DNA of 64,000 bases from Verrucomicrobiales bacterium (GCA_024233215.1 JACKPW010000009.1:53067-117066); one strand, 5' to 3'. Shown: positions 43,325-53,624, counted from the first letter of the stretch. Program-made: numbers and translations. The notes: generated by a model not told the origin, from the letters alone.

Positions 43325-45457
43325 ATGACTGGTCGAATGAACACAACGCAGGTCCTGGGATTCAACGCGGAACGAACCAGGTTGGGATTGGCGATGGCGT
43401 GGATCGTTTGCGGAATGGTCGGAGGCTTGGGTGCCGCAACGTCGGCGGGCGAAGCCTGGCCCGGGGAGCAGTGGACCACGGCAACTCCAGCGGACGTTGG
43501 GCTGTCAGCCGAGCGGTTGCAGGAGGCCCGCGACTACGCCGTGTCAGGTGAGGGCTCAGGTTGCGTTGTTCGCCACGGTAAGCTGGTCTTGCAGTGGGGA
43601 CCGTCCGACCAGCTTTACGACCTGAAATCGACCTCGAAATCCATCGGCAGCACGGCGCTCTGGCTGGCGCTGATGGACGGCAAAGTCAGCCTGGATGATC
43701 TGGCGAAGGATCATCACCCCGCCTTTGGCGTGCCACCGGAAAGCAATGCCGATACCGGTTGGCTGGACCGGATCACGTTGCGAATGCTCGCCGGCCAGAC
43801 CGCCGGCTTCGCGAAACCCGGCGGTTTCGAACCGCTACTCTTCACGCCTGGCACGCGCTGGCACTACAGCGACGGCGGCCCCAACTGGCTCGCCGAATGC
43901 CTTACCCGCGCCTACGGTCGCGATCTTGACGATGTCCTGTCCGACCGGGTGTTCACGCCGATTGGCATCACGCGTCGCGATCTGCGCTGGCGCGCGAATG
44001 CCTATCGACCGCATCAGATTGACGGCGTTGAACGGCGCGAGTTCGGGTCGGGCTTCCACGCGAACGTGTTGGCGATGGCCCGGATCGGTCTGCTTTACCT
44101 GCGTGAGGGGAAGTGGCGGGATCGGCAATTGCTGCCGCGGGAATACGTGGTCGCCATTCCGCGAATGGAGTCGGGCCTGGCGGAACTGCCGGTGGATGAG
44201 CCGGGGAACTACGGGCGGGCGTCGGCGCATTACCACTGGCTTTGGTGGAACAACGCGGACGGCTCGATCCCGCACCTTCCCCGCGACGCGTTTTGGAGCT
44301 GGGGTCTCTATGACAGTTTGATTGTGGTGGTGCCGAGCCTGGACCTGGTGGCGGCCCGGGCCGGGAAATCCTGGCCGCGTGAGCGTGGTGCCGATCACTA
44401 CGCGGTGCTGCAGGGCTTTCTCACGCCGCTCGGTCGCGCGGTTGCAGAAAGTGAAGGCGCTTCGTCGACCGAGGCATCTCGGGTCTCCCCGAGCGGCGCG
44501 CCGGCCAGTCCGGTCATCCGGACCATCGAATGGGCGCCGGCGGCGGAGATCATCCGAAAGGCGGCTGGCAGTGACAACTGGCCAATGACGTGGGCGGACG
44601 ACGATCAACTCTACACGGCCTACGGTGATGGTCGCGGTTTTGAGCCGTTTGTGCCGGAGAAGCTCAGTCTCGGGTTGGCGCGGGTGAGCGGAATGCCGGA
44701 TGGGTTCATCGGAATGAACCTGCGGGCTCCCTCGCTGGAGGCGTTGGGAGATGGCGCGAAGGGACGCAAGGCCAGCGGTCTGTTGTCGGTCCGGGGCGTG
44801 CTTTATCTGTGGGCACGCAATGCCGGGAATTCCCAACTCGCGTGGTCGCGTGATCACGGGGCCACCTGGACCTGGGCGGATTGGAAGTTCACGGAGAGTT
44901 TCGGATGCCCGACGTTTCTCAACCACGGACGTGACGACGCCGGGGCCCGCGACGGTTTCGTCTACCTCTTTTCGCCGGACAGCGAGGACGCCTACACGCG
45001 GGCGGACCGCTTTGTGCTGGGCCGGGCTCCGGTGGATCGATTGAGGGAACGGGCGCTGTGGGAGTTCTTCGTGAGCTTGGATCAGACCGGCGAACCGGTG
45101 TGGAGCCAGGATGTGGGCGAACGCGGCGCCGTGTTCGAGCGAGCGGGCGGGTGTTACCGTTGCGGGGTGAGCTACCATCCGGGGTTGCGGCGTTATCTCT
45201 GGTGCCAGACGGGCCCGGGCGAAGCGCCGCGGTTTGCCGGCGGGTTCGGCGTGTTTGATGCCCCGGAGCCGTGGGGGCCTTGGACCGAGGTGTTCTGGAC
45301 AGACCAGTGGGATGTCGGCCCGGGGGAAACCCAGAGTCTGCCGGTCAAATGGATGGACGCGGACAATCGGGCCATTCACCTGGTCTTCTCGGGGGATGAT
45401 GCGTTCTCGGTGCGGCAGGGGAGAATCGTGCTGCGGGATGACGGTGCTGCGAGGTGA
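43325..45457 (+). CDS. Secreted serine hydrolase (beta-lactamase/transpeptidase-like, class C fold) fused to a C-terminal beta-propeller-like domain
   Basis: S-x-x-K motif in LYDLKSTSKSIGSTALW, and YSDGGPNW. C-terminal 330 aa rich in W/G/D repeats (DNWPMTWADDDQLYTAYGDG...). Start ATG 43325 or 43337; the ORF-track start 42857 is rejected. Confidence 0.8.
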   Translation: MTGRMNTTQVLGFNAERTRLGLAMAWIVCGMVGGLGAATSAGEAWPGEQWTTATPADVGLSAERLQEARDYAVSGEGSGCVVRHGKLVLQWGPSDQLYDLKSTSKSIGSTALWLALMDGKVSLDDLAKDHHPAFGVPPESNADTGWLDRITLRMLAGQTAGFAKPGGFEPLLFTPGTRWHYSDGGPNWLAECLTRAYGRDLDDVLSDRVFTPIGITRRDLRWRANAYRPHQIDGVERREFGSGFHANVLAMARIGLLYLREGKWRDRQLLPREYVVAIPRMESGLAELPVDEPGNYGRASAHYHWLWWNNADGSIPHLPRDAFWSWGLYDSLIVVVPSLDLVAARAGKSWPRERGADHYAVLQGFLTPLGRAVAESEGASSTEASRVSPSGAPASPVIRTIEWAPAAEIIRKAAGSDNWPMTWADDDQLYTAYGDGRGFEPFVPEKLSLGLARVSGMPDGFIGMNLRAPSLEALGDGAKGRKASGLLSVRGVLYLWARNAGNSQLAWSRDHGATWTWADWKFTESFGCPTFLNHGRDDAGARDGFVYLFSPDSEDAYTRADRFVLGRAPVDRLRERALWEFFVSLDQTGEPVWSQDVGERGAVFERAGGCYRCGVSYHPGLRRYLWCQTGPGEAPRFAGGFGVFDAPEPWGPWTEVFWTDQWDVGPGETQSLPVKWMDADNRAIHLVFSGDDAFSVRQGRIVLRDDGAAR

Positions 45458-45493
45458 CTGGCCAAACCGCCGTGACGCGTTACATTCCTTCCC

Positions 45494-46102
45494 ATGTCTT
45501 CGGACGCAACGAACCAACCCGAACTCAAGGTGCTGCTCGTCGTCGGCAGCCTGCGCCGGAATTCCGTGAGCCGCGTGGTCCTGAACCGGCTGGCGGAACT
45601 CCTGGCGGAACGTGGCTGCGTGACCGACGTGCTCGACCTGGCGGAGGAGGAACTCCCGCTCTACAACCCGGACGAGGCCTACGCGCGACCCGGCTTCGCC
45701 GCGTTGCGCCAGCGGGTGGACACGGCGGACGGGGTGGCGCTCGGTTCGCCCGATTACCACGGCAGCATCAGCAGTCCGCTCAAGAACTTCCTCGACCACT
45801 TCTGGCACGAATTCGCCGGCAAGCTCATGGTCCCGCTCATTGCCTCCCACGAGAAGGGTCTGACAGCGATGGACCAGCTTCGGACCGTGGCCCGGCAATG
45901 CTACGCTTGGGCACTCCCCTACGGCGTTTCCTATGTGGAGAAGGTCGATGTACAGCAAGGTCGGATCGTGAACGACAAGTTGGTCGGGCGCCTGCAGATG
46001 CTGGCGCGGGACGTGGCGGTTTATGGTCGGTTGCTCGCTACGCAACGTCGCACGGACCTCGCGGGGAACGAGCCCGGCTACCTCGCGCAGTATCGCCGGT
46101 AA
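45494..46102 (+). CDS. NADPH-dependent FMN reductase family protein
   Basis: KVLLVVGSLRRNSVSR; DGVALGSPDYHGSISSPLKNFLD. Confidence 0.85.
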   Translation: MSSDATNQPELKVLLVVGSLRRNSVSRVVLNRLAELLAERGCVTDVLDLAEEELPLYNPDEAYARPGFAALRQRVDTADGVALGSPDYHGSISSPLKNFLDHFWHEFAGKLMVPLIASHEKGLTAMDQLRTVARQCYAWALPYGVSYVEKVDVQQGRIVNDKLVGRLQMLARDVAVYGRLLATQRRTDLAGNEPGYLAQYRR

Positions 46103-46109
46103 GAGAGGG

Positions 46110-46138
46110 AACCACGAAACACACGAAACACACGAAAG
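46110..46138 (+). repeat. 29-nt repeat AACCACGAAACACACGAAACACACGAAAG, copy 2
   Basis: Identical to 38025-38053. Begins 8 nt after the FMN-reductase stop. Confidence 0.9.
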
Positions 46139-46190
46139 GAACCCTGGCGGTTGAGCCTTCGACGAATCCCCAACCCGTCCCCCTTCCACG

Positions 46191-46214
46191 CCTAAACCTA
46201 AACCTAAACTTAAA
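46191..46214. repeat. Hexanucleotide tandem repeat (CCTAAA x3, CTTAAA) inside a C-rich tract
   Basis: Read directly. Confidence 0.85.
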
Positions 46215-46330
46215 CTCCACCCCCATCTCAAGCCCCCCCCCCGGTCTGCCACCCAAGCTTCCCCGCCCCCTTCCTCGCCCCCATCGCTTGGCTTTGCGCC
46301 TTTGCTCCTCTGCGCGAGGATCCCACTCCC

Positions 46331-46597
46331 ATGACTCCCATCGAACAGGAACTGCTGGCGGTGCTGCGCGAACTGGATCGGGCTGTGACCCGGCTTCGGG
46401 AAGGCGATCACGAGGTGGCGCTGACGCCGTTATTCACCCGGTTGGATGGCCTCGCAGCGACGCTCCCCCCGACCGCCCCGCGCGATTTGCGCCATTACCT
46501 CGGCATGAAGAGCTACGAGAAGGCGCGCCGATGGCTGGAGCGGGAGGAGACCCGTTGTGCGGGAACGGGGTCTGACTGGGAGGGCGTTGGCGCATGA
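46331..46597 (+). CDS. Small hypothetical protein (88 aa) translationally coupled to mnmE
   Basis: Its stop TGA overlaps the mnmE ATG (ATGA at 46594-46597). MTPIEQELLAVLRELDRAVTRLREGD...HYLGMKSYEKARRWLE; helical; no family recognised. Confidence 0.6.
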   Translation: MTPIEQELLAVLRELDRAVTRLREGDHEVALTPLFTRLDGLAATLPPTAPRDLRHYLGMKSYEKARRWLEREETRCAGTGSDWEGVGA

Positions 46598-47967
46598 ACC
46601 CGGAGGACACCATTGCCGCGATCTGCACGCCGCTCGGGGAGGGGGGGCTGGCGGTGATCCGCGTTTCGGGTTCGCACAGCCTCGCCGTGACCGACCGGTG
46701 TTTCGAGCCGCGGGGCACTTTGGCTCGCAAGCCGTCCGCGGCCGCGACCCACACGGTTCATTACGGCCGGATACACCATCAGGGACGACTGGCGGACGAG
46801 GTGTTGCTGACGGTCTTGCGCGCGCCCCACAGCTACACCTGCGAGGATACCGTGGAGGTTTCCTGCCACGGCGGATTGCTCACGGCGCGGCTGGTTCTGG
46901 AGGCCCTGCTCGCGGCGGGCGCGCGGCCGGCCGAACCGGGGGAATTCACGCGACGCGCCTTTCTTAACGGCCGGCTCGATCTCGCCCAGGCCGAGGCCGT
47001 GGCGGATGTGATTCACGCCCGTACGGAACTGGCCCTGACGGCCGCGCAGGAACAACTGGCGGGGTCGCTTTCGAAACGGATTCGGCAACTTCGGCAGGAC
47101 CTGTTGCAGGTGCTGGCGCATGTCGAGGCGCACATTGATTTCCCGGACGAGGACATTGCGCCGGACACCCGGGAGGCATTGCTCGGTCGGTTGCGGTCGG
47201 CGGAGGCGTTCATGGACGAGTTGCTCCGAACGGCGCGGGAAGGCCGGCTCTTGCGCCGCGGCATCCGGGCCGCGTTGATTGGCCGGACCAATGCGGGAAA
47301 ATCCAGCCTCTTGAACGCGTTGCTCGGACGGGATCGCGCCATTGTGACCGCGACACCGGGCACGACCCGGGACACCATCGAGGAAACCGCGAGCATCCGC
47401 GGGCTGCCGGTGGTCTTGATCGATACCGCCGGCCTGCGGGAAGCCGGCGACGCCATCGAGGAGGAGGGAATCCGCCGCAGCCAGAGGGCGCTCGCCGAGG
47501 CGGAGTTGGTCCTGCACGTGCTGGACGGATCGGAACCCCGGGACGTCCGGGACGAGGGGTGGATGGAACGACTGGCGGACCGGCCGAGGATCGTGGTCCT
47601 GAACAAGTCGGATCTGCCGGGGCGTGCGGGGCTTGCTGCCCAGGCGGGGTTGCGGGTGGTGGAAACCTCCTGCTTGACCAGGGTCGGCATCGAGACCCTG
47701 AAGGACGCCATCAGGGAGACCGTCTGGTCCGGGGCCATCCGCGCGGAGATGTTGGAGGTGACGATCAACGCCCGACATCAGGATGCGTTGCGACGCGCAC
47801 GGGAAGCTGTCGAATTGACCCTGGCGGCGTTGGAGCGGGGGGAATCGCTGGAACTGGTGGCCGTGGATTTGCATGCGGCGGTCAGGGCCGTCGGGGAGAT
47901 CGTCGGGGAGACCACGACGGACGACCTCTTGGATTCCATCTTCAGCCAGTTCTGCATCGGCAAGTGA
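46594..47967 (+). CDS. mnmE: tRNA modification GTPase MnmE (TrmE)
   Basis: DTIAAICTPLGEGGLAVIRVSG; G domain IGRTNAGKSSLLNAL, DTAGLRE, NKSD; C-terminal FCIGK. Confidence 0.95.
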   Translation: MNPEDTIAAICTPLGEGGLAVIRVSGSHSLAVTDRCFEPRGTLARKPSAAATHTVHYGRIHHQGRLADEVLLTVLRAPHSYTCEDTVEVSCHGGLLTARLVLEALLAAGARPAEPGEFTRRAFLNGRLDLAQAEAVADVIHARTELALTAAQEQLAGSLSKRIRQLRQDLLQVLAHVEAHIDFPDEDIAPDTREALLGRLRSAEAFMDELLRTAREGRLLRRGIRAALIGRTNAGKSSLLNALLGRDRAIVTATPGTTRDTIEETASIRGLPVVLIDTAGLREAGDAIEEEGIRRSQRALAEAELVLHVLDGSEPRDVRDEGWMERLADRPRIVVLNKSDLPGRAGLAAQAGLRVVETSCLTRVGIETLKDAIRETVWSGAIRAEMLEVTINARHQDALRRAREAVELTLAALERGESLELVAVDLHAAVRAVGEIVGETTTDDLLDSIFSQFCIGK

Positions 47968-48106
47968 CGCGAACGCCGGACGGTGTCAGGCCAGGGTATC
48001 GGCAACCCCGCGGGAGCCTGTGCGGAAAAAGGCACAATACTCGGGACCGACCCCGCGCGCGGTTTCGCATCGACCTGCCCGGCGGACCTTTGGTTAGACT
48101 CGTTGC

Positions 48107-51100
48107 GTGGCCCGGAACGCTCAACAATCCGATTACCGGCATCCTGCCGGCGAATCCCAGTCCGCTCCGGCGGAATCACGAATCCTCGCAGGCCGGGGCG
48201 GGGAACCGTTCTGGCCGCGCTTGAACGGGTGGTTCGCGTCTGGCCTGGGGATCCTGGCGAGCCCGCTCATCCTCCACGCGGCACCAGCCTTTCTGGAGTT
48301 CCCCAACCTGGCCCGGGGGCGGGATTCCTACATGGTCCGTTATCAGGACAGCCTGCCGCCCGCCTCGAACGGCAACGACGGCAGCCTGGCCACCGAGGTG
48401 TTGACCACCGACAAGTCCGTGGACGCGTACTGGGAGGTCGACCTGGGGGAGCCGTACGCGCTGTACGGCGTTCGGACGATTGCCGCCAGCGGATTCCAGG
48501 CCCGGATGACGCATGCCACGGTGCGCCTGTTCGACGAGAATCACGACTCGGTCTACTCGCAGCATCTGGGCGGAAGCTCCGAGACGTTCGATGTGGTGTT
48601 GCCGGGCCCGGTGCGTACCCGGTTCGTCCGGGTTGGTTTCGAGAACAAGGAGCGTTCGCACCCGACAGGCGGGATCGAGTGGTACCTGGGACTGAAGGAA
48701 GTCGAGGCCTACGGCCGCCCGTTGGCGGAGGTGGGACTGCTGGGATTTTCGGCTGATACGACGCACATCAACGCCGGTGGCGAGGTGGCGTTGCAGTGGA
48801 ACCAGCGCGAACTGGAGATGCTGAACCTGCATCCTGGCATCGGGGATGTCCTGCCGAACACCCAACCGGACGGTTCCGGGCAGCGGACCGTGTCTCCGGC
48901 AGTCTCCACGGAGTTTCTCCTGGTGGGGACCAACCGGTGCGGACTCCACGCGCAGGGCGTCACGATCGAGGTGGACGGTCAGCCGTTGACGGTCCGATTC
49001 AGCGAATTCGTCGCGAACAACCGGCTTTCACTCCGGGACGGACACGGTGAAGCACCGGACTGGATCGAACTGCACAACCCGACCGACGCCGCGGTGGACC
49101 TGGCCGGGTGTGGTCTGAGCGATGATCCGGCCGAGCCGATGCGCTGGGTGTTCCCGACCGCGACGATTCCGCCGCATGGGTGGCGGGTCGTGTTCGCTTC
49201 CGGACGCAACGAACCGGTCGATGCCGGGGGATTCCTGCATGCGAACTTCCAGCTGGCGGCGGACGGCGAGAGCCTGGTGCTGACCGCGGCGGACGGGATC
49301 ACCACGTTGGACCGGATTGATGCCTACCCGGCGCAGGACGAGGACCTCGCTTACGGCCGCAACCTCGATGGGGAGTGGACGTTCCTGGAGCCCACTCCGG
49401 GGGCGGTCAATCTGGCCTCGAACTACGAAGGCTGGCTGCAGCCGGTCCGCTTCAGCCACACCCGCGGATTCCAGACCAACGCCTTTACCCTCACGCTCAG
49501 CCAACCGGATGAGGGGGCGGAGATCCTCTATGCCCGGAACGGCTTTGAACCCCTGCAGCGGTACATCGGACCGATGGCGATCAACGTGTCGGCCCGGGTG
49601 CGGGCGGTGGCGAAGCGGGAGGGCTACCGATCGCCGCGGGTGGAAACGCATTCCTACATCTTCCTCGACGACGTGATTACCGCTTCCATCATGAATCCGG
49701 CGATCACGCAGGATCCCCGGTATTCGAAGCGCCTCCGGCAGGGGATGGTGGATTTGCCGACGCTCTCCGTGAGTGTGTCGCAGCTGCCCGACGATTACGT
49801 GGAACGCCCCGCCTCGGTGGAGATCTTCTGGCCGGACGGGTCGGAGCCGGTCCAGGCGGATTGTGGGATGTACCGGTTTGGCGGGGCCTGGACCACCTTT
49901 GCGAAGAAGAACTACCGGCTGAAGTTCCGGCCCGAGTACGGCACCCGGAAACTCCAGGCACCGCTGTTCCACGGTTTCGATCGCGGCTTTCTGGCGGTGG
50001 ATTCGTTTGACGAGCTGGACCTGCGCGGCGGTTCGCACGACATGCTCTCGCGGGGCTTCTACATGTCCGCCCGGTTCACGGAGGACACCCTGCTCGACAT
50101 GGGCAGCCTGAATCCGCACGGCCGTTTCGTGCACCTTTACCTGAACGGCGTCTACTGGGGGCAATACCACCTGCGCGAGCGCCTCAACGACCGCTTTCTC
50201 GCCGACTACCTCGGCGGTCCGGAGGAGGATTATCTCACCGTGCGCGGCAATGACAACGTGGGCAGCAGCTTCATTCCCGGCACCCCGGATCCGCCCGACC
50301 GCGAGCCCTGGGAATGGGTGCGGGCGAACCGCGGGTCCTATGCCACGGTGAAGGAGCGGCTCGATGTGCCGCACCTGATCGATTTCATGCTGATGTGGTT
50401 CTACGGAAACGCGGAAACCGAGTACCGCGCCGCCGGCCCGCGGGCTGCCGGCAGCGGCTTCAAGTTCTGGTTGGCCGATGCCGACGGTTACCTGCGGAAC
50501 ACCGGCGACACCACCGGCAACCCCGGTCCGGGCGATCTCTTCGGGGCCCTGACGTCCGAGCGCGATCCCGAGTTTATGACCCTGCTGGCGGACCGCATCC
50601 ACCGGCATCTGTTCAACGACGGCGCCCTCACACCGGCGCGCAACACCGCGCGGTTGGACGAGCGCATGAACGAAATTGCCAACAGCCTGATGGCGGAATG
50701 CGCCCGCTGGGGGGAACGCACCCCGGAGAACTGGCAGGCGGCGGCCGAGGACATCCGCACCGGCATGTTCCCTTCACGGACCGCCACGTTGGTCAGCCAG
50801 CTCAGGTCGCGCGGGTTCTATCCCGCCGCGGATGCGCCTGTGTTCAACCTCTACGGCGGTCACGTCACGAACGGGTTCGTGGTCACCCTGGCCGCCGGCA
50901 CCGGGACCCTGTACTACACGCTGGATGGCACCGATCCCCGGCTGCCGGGAGGTGCGGTGGCGCCGGGGGCCATCGCGTATTCGGGGGGGGAGGGACTGTT
51001 TCCGCTCGGTTCCGAATGGCGCTACTGGGATGCCGGCACGCTGCCGGCGGAGGATTGGAACCAGCCTGCATACGACGACTCCGGCTGGACATCCGGGAAT

Positions 51101-53566
51101 GCACCGCTGGGCTATGGGAATGGGGATGAAACCACCACGCTGGATTACGGCGGGGATTCGCAGGACAAACGGCTGGCCTACTACTTTCGGCGGGAGTTCA
51201 ACGTCGCTTCACCGGATACCGGAGGGCTGCTTACCGTCGACCTCGTCCGCGACGATGGCGCAGCCGTCTACCTCAACGGGGTGGAACTGTTCCGTGACAA
51301 TCTGCCCACCGGCGCGCTGGCTCCGGACACCCGCGCGTTAACCGCGATCGGGGGTAGTGCGGAGACGACGCCCAATCCGTTTTCCGTCCCGGCCGAGCAC
51401 CTGGTCGAGGGGCGCAACCTGCTCGCGGTCGAGCTGCATCAAGCCTCTCCCACCAGTTCGGACATCCGGTTCGACCTTGCGGTGAAGGCGCCGTCCGCCA
51501 CGGGAGTGACCATTGCGGGGGATACAGTCATCAAGGCGCGGGTGCTTTCGGGAACGATCTGGAGCGCATTGGCGGAAGCCGCCTTCACGACGGTGGCGAG
51601 CGTTCCTCCGGGCCCCGGAGAGGTGCTGATTTCTGAGATCCATTACAATCCCCCCGGTTCCGACGACTTTGAGTTCCTGGAACTGTACAACCCCACCGAC
51701 CAATACCTGGACCTGACCGGCACCCGGCTGGATGGCGGCGTGGAATTGCTACTCCCCAACGGATTCGTGCTGGCGCCGGGGCGCTGTGCCGTGGCGGTGG
51801 AGAACGCGGTCGCCTTTGACGAGCGTTACCGCACTGTGGGTTCCCCGTGGTACGCGCCCGACATCGCGGTCCTGGGCGAATGGTCCGGTCGGCTGAGCGA
51901 TGAGGGCGAGCGGGTGGCGTTCCTGAACGCGAACCTGCAGGAGATCGTGGCCGTCGATTACGGAACCGCGAATCCCTGGTCCCAGCGCGCCAACGGCCTC
52001 GGCAGTTCGCTGGAACTGCGGGATCCGGATGCCGTGCCGCCCGATGCGGCGGAACGCACCGCCTACCTTTCGTTGCCGGGGAACTGGCACTCGAGCAGCT
52101 TGTATCACGGTTCCCCGGGCCGGTTGGATGAGGATCCATGGACGCTCGTCATCAGTGAGGTGCTGGCGCACACGGACGCGGACCAGGATTGGGTGGAATT
52201 GCATAACACCGGCAGCGCGGCGTTGGACCTGACGGGCGTGTCTCTGAGCGATCATTATGATCGGCCCCTGCGCTACGCGTTTCCCGAGGAGACCACCCTC
52301 CCGCCGGACGGATTCCTGACGCTCACGGCCGCGGATCTGGGTTTCGGTTTCAGCGAACTGGGCTCCGACATCCTGCTGGTTCAGGCGGTCGGGACCGATG
52401 TGGTGCGGTTCATCGACACCGTGGATTTCCCGGCGGTGGAACGGGAGGAGCCGTTTGGCCGATACCTCAAGTCGGACGGTGAAACCGACTTCACCGAGCT
52501 GAGCGTGGCCACTCCGGACGCGGTCAATGCCATGCCGCGAATCGGCCCCGTGGTGTTCAGCGAGATCATGTATCATCCGGCGGCCGACCAAGTGGAGTAC
52601 GTGGAGATTCTGAATCCCACCGACGCGACGGTGACCTTGTATGACCCCGCGCATCCCGGCAACACCTGGGCACTTTCGGGGGCCGTCGATTTCACCTTCC
52701 CGGCCGGGGAGGAGATCCCGGCGGGCGGGCGCATTCTCGTCAGTGCGGTGGAACCTGCGGTGTTCCGCGAGCATTACCCCGTGCCTGCCGGCGTGCCGGT
52801 CTACGGGCCGTGGGACGGGGCGCTCAACAACGCAGGCGAATCGCTGAAGCTGCGTCGGCCGGGCGAACCGGAGCCCGATGGCACGGTGCCGTACTACCGG
52901 GTGGACCGGGTGGTCTACGGGCCGGTGGCGCCCTGGCCGACGGAGGCGGATGTGGGCGGGGTCAGTCTTGAGCGGGTGGCGGCGGATGCCTACGGCAATG
53001 ATCCCGCCTCATGGACAGCCTCCATCGACGGCGGTTCACCGGGCGCCGCTCCCGAATCCGTGAACCGGCCTCCGCACCTGACTGCGATTGCCGACCAGCG
53101 CGTTCCCGCGGAGGTCTTCTTCGAGTTCCGAGTGACCGCCACCGATCCGGATGTTCCCACGCAAACGCTGAGCTTTTCGGCAAGCGGGTTGCCGGCCGGC
53201 GTGACCGTCGACCCGTTCACCGGACTCATCGCGGGCGCGGCCGTCTCGCCCGGCCTCTATCAGGTCACGGTTACGGTCGAGGACGACCAGGACCCCGCGC
53301 TGACAGACCACCAGTCCTTCACCCTCGATGTGACGGAAGCCTTCCGGGTGGAGCGACTTTCGGGCGGGGCCGGGGAACCGGCGGGCTTCCGCTTTCCCGC
53401 ACTGGCGGGCCAGACCTACGAGGTCCAGTTCAGCGACCGGCTGAGTCCGGATGCCTGGCAATTGCTGTCGCGGATCGTGACGGAGGACGATGGTTGGCGC
53501 ACCCTGCCGGTGCCGCCCGAATGGGATGGCGCGACGCTGTTCCTGCGCGTGGTCTGGCTTCGGTGA
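48107..53566 (+). CDS. Giant (about 1800 aa) secreted protein: discoidin-like domain, four lamin-tail domains (LTD), CotH kinase-like domain, cadherin/dystroglycan-type Ig domain
   Basis: LTD signatures FSEFVANN...DWIELHNPTDAAVDLAGCGLSDD, ISEIHYNPPGSDDFEFLELYNPT, ISEVLAHTDADQDWVELHNTG, FSEIMYHPAADQVEYVEILNPT. CotH-like KKNYRLKFRPEYG...YLNGVYWGQYHLRER. Ig-like NRPPHLTAIADQRVP...SFSASGLPAGVTVDPFTGLIAG. Start uncertain (GTG 48107 or TTG 48221 before the signal peptide). Confidence 0.85.
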   Translation: MARNAQQSDYRHPAGESQSAPAESRILAGRGGEPFWPRLNGWFASGLGILASPLILHAAPAFLEFPNLARGRDSYMVRYQDSLPPASNGNDGSLATEVLTTDKSVDAYWEVDLGEPYALYGVRTIAASGFQARMTHATVRLFDENHDSVYSQHLGGSSETFDVVLPGPVRTRFVRVGFENKERSHPTGGIEWYLGLKEVEAYGRPLAEVGLLGFSADTTHINAGGEVALQWNQRELEMLNLHPGIGDVLPNTQPDGSGQRTVSPAVSTEFLLVGTNRCGLHAQGVTIEVDGQPLTVRFSEFVANNRLSLRDGHGEAPDWIELHNPTDAAVDLAGCGLSDDPAEPMRWVFPTATIPPHGWRVVFASGRNEPVDAGGFLHANFQLAADGESLVLTAADGITTLDRIDAYPAQDEDLAYGRNLDGEWTFLEPTPGAVNLASNYEGWLQPVRFSHTRGFQTNAFTLTLSQPDEGAEILYARNGFEPLQRYIGPMAINVSARVRAVAKREGYRSPRVETHSYIFLDDVITASIMNPAITQDPRYSKRLRQGMVDLPTLSVSVSQLPDDYVERPASVEIFWPDGSEPVQADCGMYRFGGAWTTFAKKNYRLKFRPEYGTRKLQAPLFHGFDRGFLAVDSFDELDLRGGSHDMLSRGFYMSARFTEDTLLDMGSLNPHGRFVHLYLNGVYWGQYHLRERLNDRFLADYLGGPEEDYLTVRGNDNVGSSFIPGTPDPPDREPWEWVRANRGSYATVKERLDVPHLIDFMLMWFYGNAETEYRAAGPRAAGSGFKFWLADADGYLRNTGDTTGNPGPGDLFGALTSERDPEFMTLLADRIHRHLFNDGALTPARNTARLDERMNEIANSLMAECARWGERTPENWQAAAEDIRTGMFPSRTATLVSQLRSRGFYPAADAPVFNLYGGHVTNGFVVTLAAGTGTLYYTLDGTDPRLPGGAVAPGAIAYSGGEGLFPLGSEWRYWDAGTLPAEDWNQPAYDDSGWTSGNAPLGYGNGDETTTLDYGGDSQDKRLAYYFRREFNVASPDTGGLLTVDLVRDDGAAVYLNGVELFRDNLPTGALAPDTRALTAIGGSAETTPNPFSVPAEHLVEGRNLLAVELHQASPTSSDIRFDLAVKAPSATGVTIAGDTVIKARVLSGTIWSALAEAAFTTVASVPPGPGEVLISEIHYNPPGSDDFEFLELYNPTDQYLDLTGTRLDGGVELLLPNGFVLAPGRCAVAVENAVAFDERYRTVGSPWYAPDIAVLGEWSGRLSDEGERVAFLNANLQEIVAVDYGTANPWSQRANGLGSSLELRDPDAVPPDAAERTAYLSLPGNWHSSSLYHGSPGRLDEDPWTLVISEVLAHTDADQDWVELHNTGSAALDLTGVSLSDHYDRPLRYAFPEETTLPPDGFLTLTAADLGFGFSELGSDILLVQAVGTDVVRFIDTVDFPAVEREEPFGRYLKSDGETDFTELSVATPDAVNAMPRIGPVVFSEIMYHPAADQVEYVEILNPTDATVTLYDPAHPGNTWALSGAVDFTFPAGEEIPAGGRILVSAVEPAVFREHYPVPAGVPVYGPWDGALNNAGESLKLRRPGEPEPDGTVPYYRVDRVVYGPVAPWPTEADVGGVSLERVAADAYGNDPASWTASIDGGSPGAAPESVNRPPHLTAIADQRVPAEVFFEFRVTATDPDVPTQTLSFSASGLPAGVTVDPFTGLIAGAAVSPGLYQVTVTVEDDQDPALTDHQSFTLDVTEAFRVERLSGGAGEPAGFRFPALAGQTYEVQFSDRLSPDAWQLLSRIVTEDDGWRTLPVPPEWDGATLFLRVVWLR

Positions 53567-53624
53567 GGTCCCGTGATCGACTGACCCTGCGAACCCCATG
53601 CGTTGTGAATCGGAAACGAAAGCC

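Noticed and set aside
43835-46411. 858-aa minus-strand ORF spanning the hydrolase, FMN-reductase and intergenic repeats
   Set aside because: It crosses two well-supported + strand genes and even translates the 29-nt and CCTAAA repeats (FVCFVCFVV...). It is a classic high-GC artefact. The same applies to 45454..46575 (+).
49028-52774. Long minus-strand ORFs (49028..50608, 51749..52774) inside the LTD/CotH gene
   Set aside because: They are antisense to a gene with four LTD signatures and have no motifs of their own.
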